A program made the position numbers and the translations under genes. 64,000 bases of DNA from an uncultured Chloroflexia bacterium (GTDB lineage Bacteria > Chloroflexota > Limnocylindria > Limnocylindrales > CSP1-4): the NCBI GenBank assembly GCA_963768655.1, contig CAVYIM010000005.1, positions 224,001 to 288,000 on the forward strand, read 5' to 3'. Shown here in pieces: positions 46,655 through 59,001 of the stretch (the first letter of the stretch is position 1; each line of letters begins with the position of its first letter). The notes below the pieces were generated by a model that was not told where the DNA came from, did not search any database, and saw only the letters and a program-made list of their open reading frames with translations.

Positions 46655-47564
46655 AGCCGATCTGCCGGGCTGAGCTTTCGATGAGCCGCCCGGGCCCGCT
46701 CGTCCGCCGCGCTCGCGGCGTAGCGATTGAGCATCGTCCGGCTGCGCCATCCTGTCACGCGCATAAGGTCGCCTTCGAGCCCGCCCTGAGCCAGCCATTC
46801 GTGGGCGAACGTGTGGCGGAGTTGGTGGACGTGGAACCCCTTGAGCCTGCTACCGCTGCTCGCCGCTTGAGGGCCTGCACGATACCCCGAGCCTCCAGCC
46901 GGCCCTGCTTGCCGAGCCAAAGCCATTCGCTCCTGGCATCGCGGTGGCGCGCCCGAGCACGGAGGTAGCGATTGAGGGCCCGGGCGACGTTCGCTCCGAA
47001 GGGCAGGGCTCGTCGCGAGCCGCCCTTGCCCACGACGATCGGCGACATCCTGCGTCATGTCGAGGTCGTCGACTTCAGGTTGGCGATCTCCGACAGCCGA
47101 CCGCCGGTGTCGTAGTAGAAGAGCAGCAGCGCCATGTCCCGGCGATCGTCGAAGTCGGTTCCCGCGCACGCCTTGACCATGGCCGCGATATGGTCGTGAT
47201 CGATCACCGGAACCGGGTCGACGGGGACGACCGGGCGCGTGCATCTTCGCCATCGGCGAGGTGCTGATCTCACCCTCATCAACCATGTAGTTGAAGAACA
47301 CCCGGAGGCGACGGAACCGTAGGGCCACCGTCGCGGCCGGACGCCCACGGTTCGGACGAGGTCGAGTAGATAAGCCTCGATGTGCTCGCGGCGGATCGCG
47401 GAGGCGTGGCGCGGCATCCCGGCCGCACGAGGAAGTCGCCGAGCTGGCGGAGGCTGTCGACGTAGCTCTCGATAGTCCGCGGGCTCTTGTGCTCGGCCTG
47501 AAGATGAGTGCTCCGGGGCCCAACTTCGGCCCGAATGTCCCCAAAGACGCGTCTCGACAGCCAT
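46651..47564 (-). CDS. tyrosine integrase (several frameshifts)
   Basis: [16 protein letters not shown] (R), GKG (K), [16 protein letters not shown] (Y), spread over frames. Confidence 0.88.
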
Positions 47565-47675
47565 CCTAACCCCTTTGGAACCAGTCCAGTAAGGGGATTA
47601 TACTACCGGCGTGCTAACCACCTTCAGGGCAGACTTCGCCAGTAAGGGGCTCTATCTGAGCGTAAGTTGAGGGGT

Positions 47676-47750
47676 TGGCTGGCGAGGAAGGATTCGAACC
47701 TTCAATCCCCTGATCCAGAGTCAGGTGCCTTACCGTTAGGCCACTCGCCA
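47676..47750 (-). tRNA. tRNA-Gln (anticodon CTG)
   Basis: TGGCGAG acceptor stem, CCTGA-CTCTGGA-TCAGG anticodon arm, GTTCGAATC T-loop, encoded CCA. Confidence 0.96.
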
Positions 47751-47809
47751 GCGGAGCCGCCAGAATACCGGATTCCGGCGACGAGCGGCGCGTCGAGCGC
47801 GCCGGGCCT

Positions 47810-48010
47810 GCGGCCGGCGGCTCCCCTGCCCGCGCGGCCGGCGGCTCCCCTACCTCGCGCGGGCGTCGGCTCCCCTGCGCGCGCGGGCGTCGGCTCCCCT
47901 GCGCGCGCGGCCGGCGGCTCCCCTAACCCGCGCGGCCGGCGGCTCCCCTAACCCGCGCGGCCGGCGGCTCCCTTACCCCGCGCGGCCGGCGGCTCCCCTA
48001 ACCCGCGCGG
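47810..48010. repeat. 24-25-bp tandem repeat, about 8 copies
   Basis: Unit CGCGCGGCCGGCGGCTCCCCTAACC with variants; overlaps the deaminase stop codon. Confidence 0.9.
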
Positions 48011-49041
48011 GCCGTTGCCGCCGCCAGTTCGGCCTGGAGCGCGGACTTGCGCTCCGCGGTGGCGAACGAGCCGTCGATGGCGTTGGCCGCGAGGCGCCGG
48101 AGATCGGTCGGCGTGAGCGCGAGCGCCGCGGTGATGGCGCGGTAGTTGTCGCCGATGTAGCCGCCGAAGTAGGCGGGGTCGTCCGAGTTGATCGTGACCG
48201 CGACGCCGGCCTCCAGCAGCGTCCGGATCGGCGAGCTCGACATCGTCGGGAAGATCTTCAGACGGACGTTCGAATTCGGGCAGGCCGTCAGGGTGACGCC
48301 CGACTCGGCCAGGCGGCCCATCAACGCCGGGTCGTCCGCGGCCCGAACGCCGTGGTCGATCCGCGACACGCCCAGGCAGTCGAGCGTTCGCGCGACCAGC
48401 GACGCATCGCCCTCTTCGCCGGCGTGGGCGACCGCGCGCAGCCCCCGCGCCCGCGCCCGCGCAAACACACCGGCGAACGGTTCGGGCGGAAAGCCGACCT
48501 CGCTCGAGTCCAGGCCAACGGCCACGATCCGGTCCAACCACGGCTCGGCGGCCGCGAGAGTCGCGCCGGCCGCGTCCACCGGCAGATGCCGCACGAACGA
48601 GAGGATCAGGCCGCTCGTGATGCCGTACTCGCGCTCGCCGTCGGCCAGGCCGTCGAGGATGCCGCCAACCACCTCCCCTATCGGGATGCCGCGGTCCGTG
48701 TGCGTCTGGGGATCGAAGAATGGCTCGACGTGGCGGACGCCGTCCGCGTGGGCGCGCGCCAGGTACGCCCGGGTCAGGTCGCGGAAGTCGCCGCGGGTGA
48801 CGAGCACCGAACAGGCCGCGTAGTAGATATCGAGGAACGACTGCAGGTCGGCGAAGTCGTAGGCGGCCCGCATCTCCTCGACCGAGGAAACCGGGAGCGC
48901 GACGCCGTTGCGGGCAGCCAGCCGGAAGGCCAGATCGGGCTCGAGCGTGCCCTCGAGGTGGACGTGCAGCTCGACTTTGGGCAGGCGGTCGATCAGATGG
49001 GCGAGCTCTGGATCGAGTCCAGCAACGGCGTCCGACTGCAC
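47998..49041 (-). CDS. add: adenosine/adenine deaminase
   Basis: ELHVHLEG, AHAGEEG, RIDHG, NSDDPAYFG. Confidence 0.92.
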   Translation of the reverse strand: MQSDAVAGLDPELAHLIDRLPKVELHVHLEGTLEPDLAFRLAARNGVALPVSSVEEMRAAYDFADLQSFLDIYYAACSVLVTRGDFRDLTRAYLARAHADGVRHVEPFFDPQTHTDRGIPIGEVVGGILDGLADGEREYGITSGLILSFVRHLPVDAAGATLAAAEPWLDRIVAVGLDSSEVGFPPEPFAGVFARARARGLRAVAHAGEEGDASLVARTLDCLGVSRIDHGVRAADDPALMGRLAESGVTLTACPNSNVRLKIFPTMSSSPIRTLLEAGVAVTINSDDPAYFGGYIGDNYRAITAALALTPTDLRRLAANAIDGSFATAERKSALQAELAAATARAG

Positions 49042-49253
49042 TTTGCGGCGTACCTCCACGGCCGTCAATTCGACACGAGCGGCGACGCGGGAGGACGCTC
49101 GGCCGAGCGGGCGGCCGGCCCGCGAGTTGTGGGCCAGTCTAGCGAGTCGGGCGCGTTCCGGTGCCCGGGTCCTGAGGCCCGCCTGGCGAGCCGCCCTCGA
49201 CACCGGCCGGGCCGGGCACGAGGCTGCGCCATGTCCGCTTCGAGGAGACACGA

Positions 49254-50213
49254 ATGGCGCAGGCGACAATTCCAGACGCATATTCACCACCCGACATCGA
49301 CGCCAACCGGGCGGGTCGGCTGACCGACAGCCAGCGCCGCTACCTTCGGTCGGCGGCGCGCTCGTTCTCCAGGGGAATGCTGTCGGGGGCTCTCATCGCC
49401 GCCGTGATCGGCGTTCTCGTGGCGACCTCGAACGGACCCACGCCGAACGCCTGGACTCGGCCGGCTCTTACCGCCGCCTTCTTCGCCGGCGCGCTCGTGT
49501 GCCTGTTCCTGGCCGTGCGCCCCAACCCGGAGGCCGCCGATGCCTCGGGCGGACGCGTCGCGCCGGTGGAGGGCGCGATCGGCAATAGAAGCTGGAGCAC
49601 CTCGAGCCGGGGCTCGAGCTCCACGACGTATCAGCTGGAGGTCGGCGAGCAGCGATACAGCGTCGGGGGCGCCCTCTACCATGCCGCGCCCGACTCCGGT
49701 TGGGTCCGTCTCTACGTCACGCCTCGAACACACAAGGTCGTGAACTTCGAGCGGCTCCCGGACAAGGCCGTGCCCGACGTCGCCAGCGCGACGCCGGCGG
49801 CGCTGCTGGGACAACTTGGGTCGGCGTTCGGCTCGCACGATCAGCAGACCAGGAACGAGGCCCGAGCCGAGATGGAGGCGATGGGCCGCTCGCTCAAGGC
49901 CCAGATGAACGTTACTGACACCCCCGCGACGCCGCCGGCGGCGAGCGAGCGCGATCCCCGGCCGCTGGCCCAGGCGATCCTGGGCAAGTGGCAGATGGGC
50001 CCGATGTCGGTGACGTTCATGCCCGACGGCACGATGGTCGCCACGTTCCTCGGCGGCCAGCAGAGGCAGGGGCACTGGTCCATCGGGCCGGACGGCAAGC
50101 TCACCGCCGACGCCGCCGGATCGGGCGGAGCCGCCGACGCGTGGATCGCGGGCGACACGCTGACCATCTCGCAGGAGGGCGGGGCCGCGGCCTTCCATCG
50201 CGCCGCCAATTAG
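49254..50213 (+). CDS. hypothetical membrane protein
   Basis: Two TM helices and a beta-rich C-terminal domain; GAGGAG RBS. Confidence 0.7.
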   Translation: MAQATIPDAYSPPDIDANRAGRLTDSQRRYLRSAARSFSRGMLSGALIAAVIGVLVATSNGPTPNAWTRPALTAAFFAGALVCLFLAVRPNPEAADASGGRVAPVEGAIGNRSWSTSSRGSSSTTYQLEVGEQRYSVGGALYHAAPDSGWVRLYVTPRTHKVVNFERLPDKAVPDVASATPAALLGQLGSAFGSHDQQTRNEARAEMEAMGRSLKAQMNVTDTPATPPAASERDPRPLAQAILGKWQMGPMSVTFMPDGTMVATFLGGQQRQGHWSIGPDGKLTADAAGSGGAADAWIAGDTLTISQEGGAAAFHRAAN

Positions 50214-51193
50214 CCGGCGGTGACGACGACCTTGCCGCGGGCGTGGTGCTGTTCGAGGTAGCGCATGGCCGCGGGCGCCTCGGCCAGCGGGTATGTTCGG
50301 TCGACGATGGGCTTGATCTTGCCGGCCTCGATGAGATCCCGCAGGTAGGCCAGGTCCCCGGCCTTCATCGTGGCCATCACCGTCGCCAGCCTCTGGCTCA
50401 TGAGGGGTGACTCCAATGTGGCCAGGGCCAGCTGCGCCATGGGCCCCAGCAGCCGGCCACCTCCGCCCCCGACGATGACCAGGGTGCCCCTGGCCGTGAG
50501 CGCCCGCCTGAAGTCGCGCAACGACCGGTTTCCGACCGTGTCCACCACCATGTCGTAGCGCTGGTCGGCCCGTGTGAAATCCTGCGTCGTGTAGTCGACG
50601 ACGTGGTCGGCGCCGATGGATCGGACCAGCTCCACGTTGCCGACGCTGCAGACGCCGGTGACCTCGCCGGCGCCGAGCGCCTTCGCAATCTGCACGGCGA
50701 ACGTCCCGACCCCTCCGGACGCCCCGTTGACGAGCACCTTCTGCCCGGGCTGAAGGCGGCCGACGTCGCGCAGGCTCTGCAACGCTGTCACGCCGGCCAT
50801 CGGCACGGCTGCGGTTTCCTCGAAGGTCAGGTTGGCTGGCTTCGATGCCAGCGCCTTCTCCGGGATGGCAACGTACTCGGCGCACGCTCCCGGTCCTTTG
50901 GTCCCGTAGACCTCGTCCCCGACCTTGAACCCCGTCACGTTCTTGCCCACCGCCTCGACGACCCCGGCGACGTCGGAGCCCAGGATGGTCGGCCGCCGCG
51001 GCTTGCGGATGCCTGCGCCCATCATCGGACGGAACAGCAGGGGTTCGCCGCGCATGAAGTGCCAGTCATACGGATTGAGGGCGACGGCGCGGATCCGGAC
51101 CAGTACCTGGTCCTCCCCGGCAATCGGCCGGTCAACTTCAGCAAGCTCCAGGACATCCGGCGAGCCGAACCGCCGATAGACGATCGCCTTCAT
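50210..51193 (-). CDS. NAD(P)-dependent MDR oxidoreductase (quinone oxidoreductase-like)
   Basis: MKAIVY...LNPYDW, NGASGGVG, HARGKVVV. Confidence 0.9.
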   Translation of the reverse strand: MKAIVYRRFGSPDVLELAEVDRPIAGEDQVLVRIRAVALNPYDWHFMRGEPLLFRPMMGAGIRKPRRPTILGSDVAGVVEAVGKNVTGFKVGDEVYGTKGPGACAEYVAIPEKALASKPANLTFEETAAVPMAGVTALQSLRDVGRLQPGQKVLVNGASGGVGTFAVQIAKALGAGEVTGVCSVGNVELVRSIGADHVVDYTTQDFTRADQRYDMVVDTVGNRSLRDFRRALTARGTLVIVGGGGGRLLGPMAQLALATLESPLMSQRLATVMATMKAGDLAYLRDLIEAGKIKPIVDRTYPLAEAPAAMRYLEQHHARGKVVVTAG

Positions 51194-51403
51194 GTATCCC
51201 TCAGCTGTCGAGTGAGTGGAGTTGCCGCCGGCCTCGAAATCTACGCGGCCGTTGAGCACCAACCGCTCCAGTCGGAGCCGGTTGCGGAGAGGATGGTGTC
51301 GCCGAAATGTGAAGTTGTTGTGAGGGCGTAGCGGAGGCATCGCGAAGCCGAGGGCGGCGCCCGGCCCTAAGCACCCCGTTCGTCCGGCCGCCACCGCACC
51401 GCT

Positions 51404-53095
<1,692 letters not shown>

Positions 53096-53218
53096 TCCGC
53101 GACTTTAGCGGATTCCGGTCGAAGACGGACCGCGCTCCGGCGGCGGGCGGCGACGCGAATCGAAAGTGGCGGCTCGACCGCGAGGGCCGAGCCGCCACGA
53201 GGCTCAGATCGAGGGGAC

Positions 53219-54256
53219 CTAGAAGATGCGAACGGCGACCTCCGCCGGAGCGAGCAGGAGCTGCTTGAGCTCATCGTCGACCTTGAGGAGGCTGATGTGG
53301 GCGCCGGCCATCTCGAGCGAGGTGCAGTACTCGCCGACGTAGCTGCGGAAGACCTTGATGCCCTTCGCGGCCAGCTTCTTGTGGGCGATGCCGTAGAGCA
53401 GGTACAGCTCGCTGATCGGGGTGCCGCCCAGGCCGTTGACCATCAGGGCGACCTCGTCGCCGCTCTTGAACGGCAGGTCGGGCACGATGGCGTCGAGCAG
53501 CACGTCCACGATCTCGTTTGCCGTGCCGCGCTTGCGGCGCTCTCGGCCCGGCTCGCCGTGGATGCCGATTCCGACTTCCATCTCGTCGGTCGCGATCTCG
53601 AACAGGGCCGTGCCGCGCACGGGCGGGATGCAGCTCGAGAGGGCGATGCCCATGGTCCGGACCTGGGCGATCACCTTCTTGCCGATCCGTTCGAGCTCGG
53701 CCAGATCAGCGCCCTTCTCGGACGCAGCGCCGACCGCCTTGATCACGAAGAAGTTGCCGGCGACGCCGCGCCGGCCGACGGTCCAGGTCGAGTCCTTGAC
53801 CGCCACGTCGTCGTTGACCAGGAGGTACCCGATCTTCATGCCGTCGGCCTCGGACAGCTCCTTGGCCATGTCCCAGGCGGTCCGGTCGCCGGTGTAGTTG
53901 TTGACGATATAGAGGACTCCCTTGGGGGAGTTCATCAGCTTGGTCGTCTCGGTGACGAACTCGACCGGAGGACCCGCGAAGACGTCTCCGGGGCACGCGG
54001 CATCGAGCATTCCGGGGCCTACGATCATGGTGTGGGCCGGCTCATGGCCGGATCCCGAACCCTGGATGATCGAGACCTTGTTGGCCTTGGGCATGTCGGC
54101 CCGGTAGATGAGGTTGTATTTCGGCTCGAACTTGAGCTTGCCGTCCGAGGCGAGGGCGACGCCCTCCAGGAACTCGGTCACGAACTTCTTGGGGTCGTTG
54201 AGGAACTTCCTCATGCCGTGGCTCTGCTGCACTTCCTTGGCCACTTCTGTCGTCAT
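53219..54256 (-). CDS. dhaK: dihydroxyacetone kinase subunit DhaK paralogue 2
   Basis: [32 protein letters not shown]. Confidence 0.88.
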   Translation of the reverse strand: MTTEVAKEVQQSHGMRKFLNDPKKFVTEFLEGVALASDGKLKFEPKYNLIYRADMPKANKVSIIQGSGSGHEPAHTMIVGPGMLDAACPGDVFAGPPVEFVTETTKLMNSPKGVLYIVNNYTGDRTAWDMAKELSEADGMKIGYLLVNDDVAVKDSTWTVGRRGVAGNFFVIKAVGAASEKGADLAELERIGKKVIAQVRTMGIALSSCIPPVRGTALFEIATDEMEVGIGIHGEPGRERRKRGTANEIVDVLLDAIVPDLPFKSGDEVALMVNGLGGTPISELYLLYGIAHKKLAAKGIKVFRSYVGEYCTSLEMAGAHISLLKVDDELKQLLLAPAEVAVRIF

Positions 54257-54936
54257 GTCTGCACTCCCTGTCCGTACTTCGCGCGCCACTCCTGTGCGAT
54301 TGCCTGGAGGATCACGCCGATGGCCGTCGCGCCGGCATCGACGGAGCCTCTGCTGCGCTCGCCCGTGTACGCGGCCCGGCCGCGCATGGCGAGCATTGGC
54401 TTGGTATCCTCGGCCGCCTTGACCGCCACGTCGGCGGCACGTTGGATCGCGGCCACGCCGTGGTCGCCGTGCATCGCCGGGTCGGCGATCGAGGCTTCGA
54501 GGCTGTCTGTAGCCGGGCTGAGCGCGTCCAGCAGCGTCTTGTCGCCGAGCGCCGCTCCACCGCGGGCCATGATTCCGGTCATGGCGGCGCGCAGCATTTC
54601 GACTACGTCTTCGGGTGCGAGCTCGGTCTTGTCGCCGGCAACCGCGCCGGCCCGCAGAAAGGCGGTGCCCCAGATGGGGCCCGAGACGCCGCCGACTTTG
54701 CCCGAGATCACGACCGCGACCTTCTTGAGGACCGCGCCGATGCTCGACTTGTCGAAGGTGTCGTATTCCGCCTGGACGACCTCGAAACCGTTGCGGAGCG
54801 AATAACCGAAATCGCCGTCGCCGACGATCGAGTCGAGCTGGGCGAAGTAGTCCGCGTTGTCAACGATCGTCCTGGCCATCGTCTTGATCACGAGGTCGAC
54901 TTCGTCGAACGACGCCTTTGTCATTCCGACCTCCAT
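54253..54936 (-). CDS. dhaL: dihydroxyacetone kinase subunit DhaL paralogue 2
   Basis: LDSIVGDGDFG, GGVSGPIWG, GDKTLLD, GRAAYTGERS. Confidence 0.88.
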   Translation of the reverse strand: MEVGMTKASFDEVDLVIKTMARTIVDNADYFAQLDSIVGDGDFGYSLRNGFEVVQAEYDTFDKSSIGAVLKKVAVVISGKVGGVSGPIWGTAFLRAGAVAGDKTELAPEDVVEMLRAAMTGIMARGGAALGDKTLLDALSPATDSLEASIADPAMHGDHGVAAIQRAADVAVKAAEDTKPMLAMRGRAAYTGERSRGSVDAGATAIGVILQAIAQEWRAKYGQGVQT

Positions 54937-54973
54937 TTGTGGCTCGAAAGGCTCGACGGGAACGCGGACGGAG

Positions 54974-55747
54974 CTACGGGGCGAGGCAGGCCTCGAGGTC
55001 GGCGACGGTCACGTAGGCCCCCGGCCGTGCAGCCGAGCGATTGGCCATGACCTTCGTCCGCTCTCCGTCAGGGTCTCCGAGTGATGAAACGACGAGCATC
55101 GCCTCTGAAAAGTCCTCCTTCTCGGTGTAGCCGTTGACAGTGACGAGGCAGCGCAGGCCGGCGGCGTGGGCCGCCTCCAGGCCGTTGCGCGAGTCCTCGA
55201 TGACGAGCACGCCGGCGCGATCGACGCCGAGGCGCTCGAGGGCCAGAAGGTAGATATCCGGGGCAGGCTTCTTGTGAGCCACGACGTCGCCGGCGAGGAC
55301 CAGGTCGAAGCGGGCGGCCCGCTCGGGGCCCGCGGCGCCGTCCAGGATGGCCCGCACAGAAGGCTCGGCCGAAGTCGAGGCGACGGCCATCTTCCAGCCG
55401 GCGTCCTGGGCCTCACGGATGATGCGGGTGATGCCGGGCCGCGGCGGGAGCTTGCCGGCCGCGACCATCTCGGTGTAGAGGGCGGTCTTGCGCTTGTGCC
55501 AGCCGGCCACCTCGGCCGCCAGCGCTTCCGGATCCTCGGGCAGCCGGTTGGCGCGGACGAACGCGGGCGTCAGCTCGCTGGCCATCCGCTCCTTGCCGCC
55601 GGCGATCTGGAGCTTGCGGCCATACTCGTCCTCCGACCAGGCCAGCGGCAGTCCGAACTCCCGGAACGTCTGGTTGAAGGCGGGCAGGTGACCGTAGCGT
55701 TCGGTGTCGGCCAGGACGCCGTCGCAGTCGAAGATGAGCGCGTTCAC
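54974..55747 (-). CDS. HAD-IA phosphatase (CbbY-like)
   Basis: [34 protein letters not shown]. Confidence 0.9.
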   Translation of the reverse strand: MNALIFDCDGVLADTERYGHLPAFNQTFREFGLPLAWSEDEYGRKLQIAGGKERMASELTPAFVRANRLPEDPEALAAEVAGWHKRKTALYTEMVAAGKLPPRPGITRIIREAQDAGWKMAVASTSAEPSVRAILDGAAGPERAARFDLVLAGDVVAHKKPAPDIYLLALERLGVDRAGVLVIEDSRNGLEAAHAAGLRCLVTVNGYTEKEDFSEAMLVVSSLGDPDGERTKVMANRSAARPGAYVTVADLEACLAP

Positions 55748-56598
55748 GTCCAGGCCTTGCCTTCGCTCCCGAACAGGCGGATGTGGTACTTGGCCATTTC
55801 CACCACGGCCGCCCGCTGGGCCTTGAACAGGGCCGGCGGGTCGTACTCGCCCGGGTGCTCGGTCATGTAGTCGTAGCCCGACTTCATGAACGCGATCTTG
55901 AGCGCGGTCGAGATGTTGACCTTGGCGCAGCCGCGCGAGACGAGGTCGCTGAACTGCTCGGGGGTCATCCCGGTCCCGCCGTGGAGTGCGACCGGGATGC
56001 CGGTCGCGTGGACGATGTCGGTCACTCGCTGGGAGTCGAGGTGGGGCGTCGTCTTGTAGGTCCCGTGGGCGTTGCCGATCGCGGGCGCGAACACGTCCAC
56101 GCCGGTCGAGCGGACGAAATCCACCACGGTCTCGAGCGACTGGACGTGCTCGGCCTCGTCGCCGGTCATCTCTTCGGTCCGCTTGAAGCCTTCGATCTCG
56201 CCCTCGACGCCGGCGCCGTAGCGGCGGGCCTCGGCGACGACTTCGATGCACTGGCGCTTGTTCTCCTCGACGGACAGCTTGCTGGCGTCGAAGAGGACGG
56301 AGTTCCAGCCCCTGGCCAGGCAGGCGGAGATGACGTCTCGCTCCGGGCAATGGTCGAGATGGAGGGCCACCGGCACCGAAACCTGGCCGGCGTAGGCGAC
56401 CCACATCGCGTACATGGCGTCGATGCCGGTCATCTTCACGTGCTTGACCGACGTCTGGACGATGAGCGGCGCTCGCAGCTCCTCGGCGGCGGCGAGAACC
56501 GCCTCCATCGAGAGGTCGTTGACGACGTTGATCGCGGCGACGCCGTACTTGCCGGCGAAGGCGCGATCGATGATCTCCTTGGTCTTCACGATTGGCAA
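55744..56598 (-). CDS. class II ketose-bisphosphate aldolase
   Basis: LHLDH, GNAHG, LHGGTG, KVNIST. Confidence 0.92.
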   Translation of the reverse strand: MPIVKTKEIIDRAFAGKYGVAAINVVNDLSMEAVLAAAEELRAPLIVQTSVKHVKMTGIDAMYAMWVAYAGQVSVPVALHLDHCPERDVISACLARGWNSVLFDASKLSVEENKRQCIEVVAEARRYGAGVEGEIEGFKRTEEMTGDEAEHVQSLETVVDFVRSTGVDVFAPAIGNAHGTYKTTPHLDSQRVTDIVHATGIPVALHGGTGMTPEQFSDLVSRGCAKVNISTALKIAFMKSGYDYMTEHPGEYDPPALFKAQRAAVVEMAKYHIRLFGSEGKAWT

Positions 56599-56737
56599 TG
56601 CAGCACCTCCTCGATTGGAACGGTTCGCTGCTCCGGGCAGCCGCTGGGCAACCGCTCCGGGCAACGCCGCGCCCTGGCCGGCTCGGACCTCTGCAGGCCC
56701 GCGGCCGGACCGGCTACGTCAGCGCAAATGCGGCCGA

Positions 56738-57820
56738 TCACCTCCTCGCTGCCGGCGGCACGGCCGGCCGTTCGTTTCCTGCCGGAACCCGGACGCGGTC
56801 GGCCTCGCGGCGCGCGGCGGCAGGCGCGGCGTCGCCGCTCACGTCGACGCGGCTCGTAGCGTCGGGGCGTGCCATCTCCAGCACGGCCCGCGTGTTGGCC
56901 TCGTCGACGATCAGCACGTCGATGACCCCGGCCCGCAGCGTCCCGAGGATGGCGAGCGGCTTTTCGGCCTCGCTCACGACCGCCACGACCGTCTCGATCC
57001 GGCGCAGCTCGTCCACCGACAGCGCCACCAGCCGGTCCCGATGCGGGGCCGCGATCAGCCGCCCGTCGACGTCCACGTAGTTGCCCAGGACGTCGCCGAC
57101 GGCCCCCTGGCGCACCAGCCGGGCGATCTCGTCAACCGAGAGGCAGCCGCTGCGGACCATCGTGCAGTCGTCGTCGGTACCGCCGATCCCGACCAGGGCG
57201 ACGCTCGCCCGGGCGGCCAGGCGAAGGGTGTGTTCGACTGCTTCCTGCTGGAGGAGGCCGTCGCGCATTTCCGCGCTCTCGACGTAGGCCGGCGCGTACA
57301 GGCTCTCGGCGCGGCCGCCGCACCTTTCCGCGAGAGCGCGGCAGATCTCGTTGGGGTTGGTCGGCGCGTCGACCCGCGGCGAGCCGCCCATGGCGCTCAC
57401 GAAGGTGCAGTCCAGGCGGCGGCCGGGCCGGAAGAACCGGGGCACCTCGCCGGTGTCGCGGCCGTGGCCGACGGCCACCACGGCGCCGTCGGAGAGGCGC
57501 CTCTCGAGGTACTGCGCCGCGCTCCGGGCCACCGCCTCGCGCTGCGCCTGCGGCTCCGCCGGCGACGTGCTGACGATCGCGTCGGTCAGGTGGAACGTGG
57601 CGCAGAGCTCGTCCTCGAGCTCGAAGTGGAGCCACGACGGGGCCTGCACGCGGATGTCGACGACGCCGGCCTGGCGGGCCTGGACGAGGAGGCGCTGCAC
57701 CTTGGGGCGCGAAAGCGCGAACTCTCGCGCTATCTCTTCCTGGGTCCGGTCGTCCACGTAATAGCGGTGGGCGATGCGCGCCAGTAGTTCGTAGCGGTCG
57801 CGGCGGACGTCGTCTGACAT
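56738..57820 (-). CDS. SorC/LsrR-family sugar-binding transcriptional regulator
   Basis: YYVDDRTQEEIA...SRPKVQRLL HTH; ALVGIG, GAVGDV, LIVDE. Confidence 0.92.
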   Translation of the reverse strand: MSDDVRRDRYELLARIAHRYYVDDRTQEEIAREFALSRPKVQRLLVQARQAGVVDIRVQAPSWLHFELEDELCATFHLTDAIVSTSPAEPQAQREAVARSAAQYLERRLSDGAVVAVGHGRDTGEVPRFFRPGRRLDCTFVSAMGGSPRVDAPTNPNEICRALAERCGGRAESLYAPAYVESAEMRDGLLQQEAVEHTLRLAARASVALVGIGGTDDDCTMVRSGCLSVDEIARLVRQGAVGDVLGNYVDVDGRLIAAPHRDRLVALSVDELRRIETVVAVVSEAEKPLAILGTLRAGVIDVLIVDEANTRAVLEMARPDATSRVDVSGDAAPAAARREADRVRVPAGNERPAVPPAARR

Positions 57821-57849
57821 ATGCCCACCACCTGGCTCGACCGATCAAT

Positions 57850-57865
57850 TGCTCAGCCGTGAGCG
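57850..57865. promoter_or_regulatory. putative SorC-family operator
   Basis: Near-palindrome TGCTCA-gccg-TGAGCG about 30 bp upstream of the regulator start. Confidence 0.35.
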
Positions 57866-58011
57866 CATGCCCAGTCTAGGCAGAGGGCCGCGGACGCGAT
57901 ACCGCTGACTCACAGGGCGGTCCGAAACGGCGCCGAGCGCAGCCCGGATCCCGTCGACGGCGCGGCCGGCGGTCGAAATCGGGGCTGCAGTCGCGCCGGC
58001 GTCGCGGCCCG

Positions 58012-58995
58012 TCAGCTCCAGGGCAGCGCCGCCCGCTCCGCCCAGTAGCGTTCGGGTGGCTCGGCCAGAACGCCGAGCTCGTCCAGTTCTGCGGGGCCGA
58101 GGGGCACCTCGGCGGCGGCGAGGTTGCTCGCGATCTGGGCCGGTCCGACCGCGCCCGAGAGCACGACGTCCGACCAGGGTTGAGCCAGGGCCGCGGCGAT
58201 GGCGACGGCGTCCGCGCCGGCGTGGAGGCGGCTCGAAACGGCTTCGAGCGGCTCGGGCAGCGGCTGCGGCTGGCCCGCCGCCAGCCGGCCGTTTGCGAGC
58301 GCCTCCTTGACGATGACGCCCCAGCCGGCCGCACTCGCCTCGGCCAGGGCCGGCCCGACGGAGGTCTCGAGCAGGTTCCAGGTCGCCTGCACGCAGCCGA
58401 ATGGCGCGCGGCCGTCGACCCGAACCTCGAGGGCGCGCCGGATGACGTCGGCCTGCCGCGGCCCGCTGACGGTCAGCCCGATGGCCAGGCCGGCCTCGTG
58501 CAGCGAGCTCAGCTCCGCCATCACGTCACGGTCGTCCAGCACTCCGCTCTCGAGCGTCGCGGAGTGGACCTGGTAGAGGCACAGCCGCTCGCCGAGGAGC
58601 GCTCGGCTCTCGGCAATCTGGCGGCGCAGGTTCGCCGCGGAGTGCTCCTTGATCTCGTTCACGCTGGCCCCGACCTGCCAGTCGGCCGTGTAGCGGTAGC
58701 CCCACTTGGATCCGACCGTCACGTGGCCGGGCGCGAAGGCGCGAGCGTCGAGCCACGTGGCAAAGAACTCCTCGGCCAGACCGTACGAGCGGGCGGCGTC
58801 GAAGTAGCGGATGCCGCCGTCGTACGCCGCATCCAGCAGCTCGTGGGCCCGGCGCCGCATCACCTCGACGCGCCGATCGGCGCCGAGATCCCGATCCCGG
58901 CCCAGGTTGATGTAGCCCGGGCGGCCGATCGCGGCCAGCCCCAGTCCGATCTCGCTGACCGGCAGGCCGGTTCCCCCCAGGCTCAGCGTCCGCAT
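58012..58995 (-). CDS. aldo/keto reductase
   Basis: IGLG, FDAARSYG.AE, SKWG, LYQVH. Confidence 0.88.
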   Translation of the reverse strand: MRTLSLGGTGLPVSEIGLGLAAIGRPGYINLGRDRDLGADRRVEVMRRRAHELLDAAYDGGIRYFDAARSYGLAEEFFATWLDARAFAPGHVTVGSKWGYRYTADWQVGASVNEIKEHSAANLRRQIAESRALLGERLCLYQVHSATLESGVLDDRDVMAELSSLHEAGLAIGLTVSGPRQADVIRRALEVRVDGRAPFGCVQATWNLLETSVGPALAEASAAGWGVIVKEALANGRLAAGQPQPLPEPLEAVSSRLHAGADAVAIAAALAQPWSDVVLSGAVGPAQIASNLAAAEVPLGPAELDELGVLAEPPERYWAERAALPWS

Positions 58996-59001
58996 CGACG
59001 A

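Larger units (their letters stand above)
42200..47675 (-). mobile_element. tRNA-Gln-integrated satellite/IME-like element (integrase + primase-helicase)
   Basis: Integrase beside the tRNA 3' end, then small genes and a primase/helicase; no structural or conjugation genes; left boundary undefined. Confidence 0.65.

Noticed and set aside
47810-48010. Repeat array as a CRISPR
   Set aside because: Units are head-to-tail with no unique spacers, and there are no cas genes.
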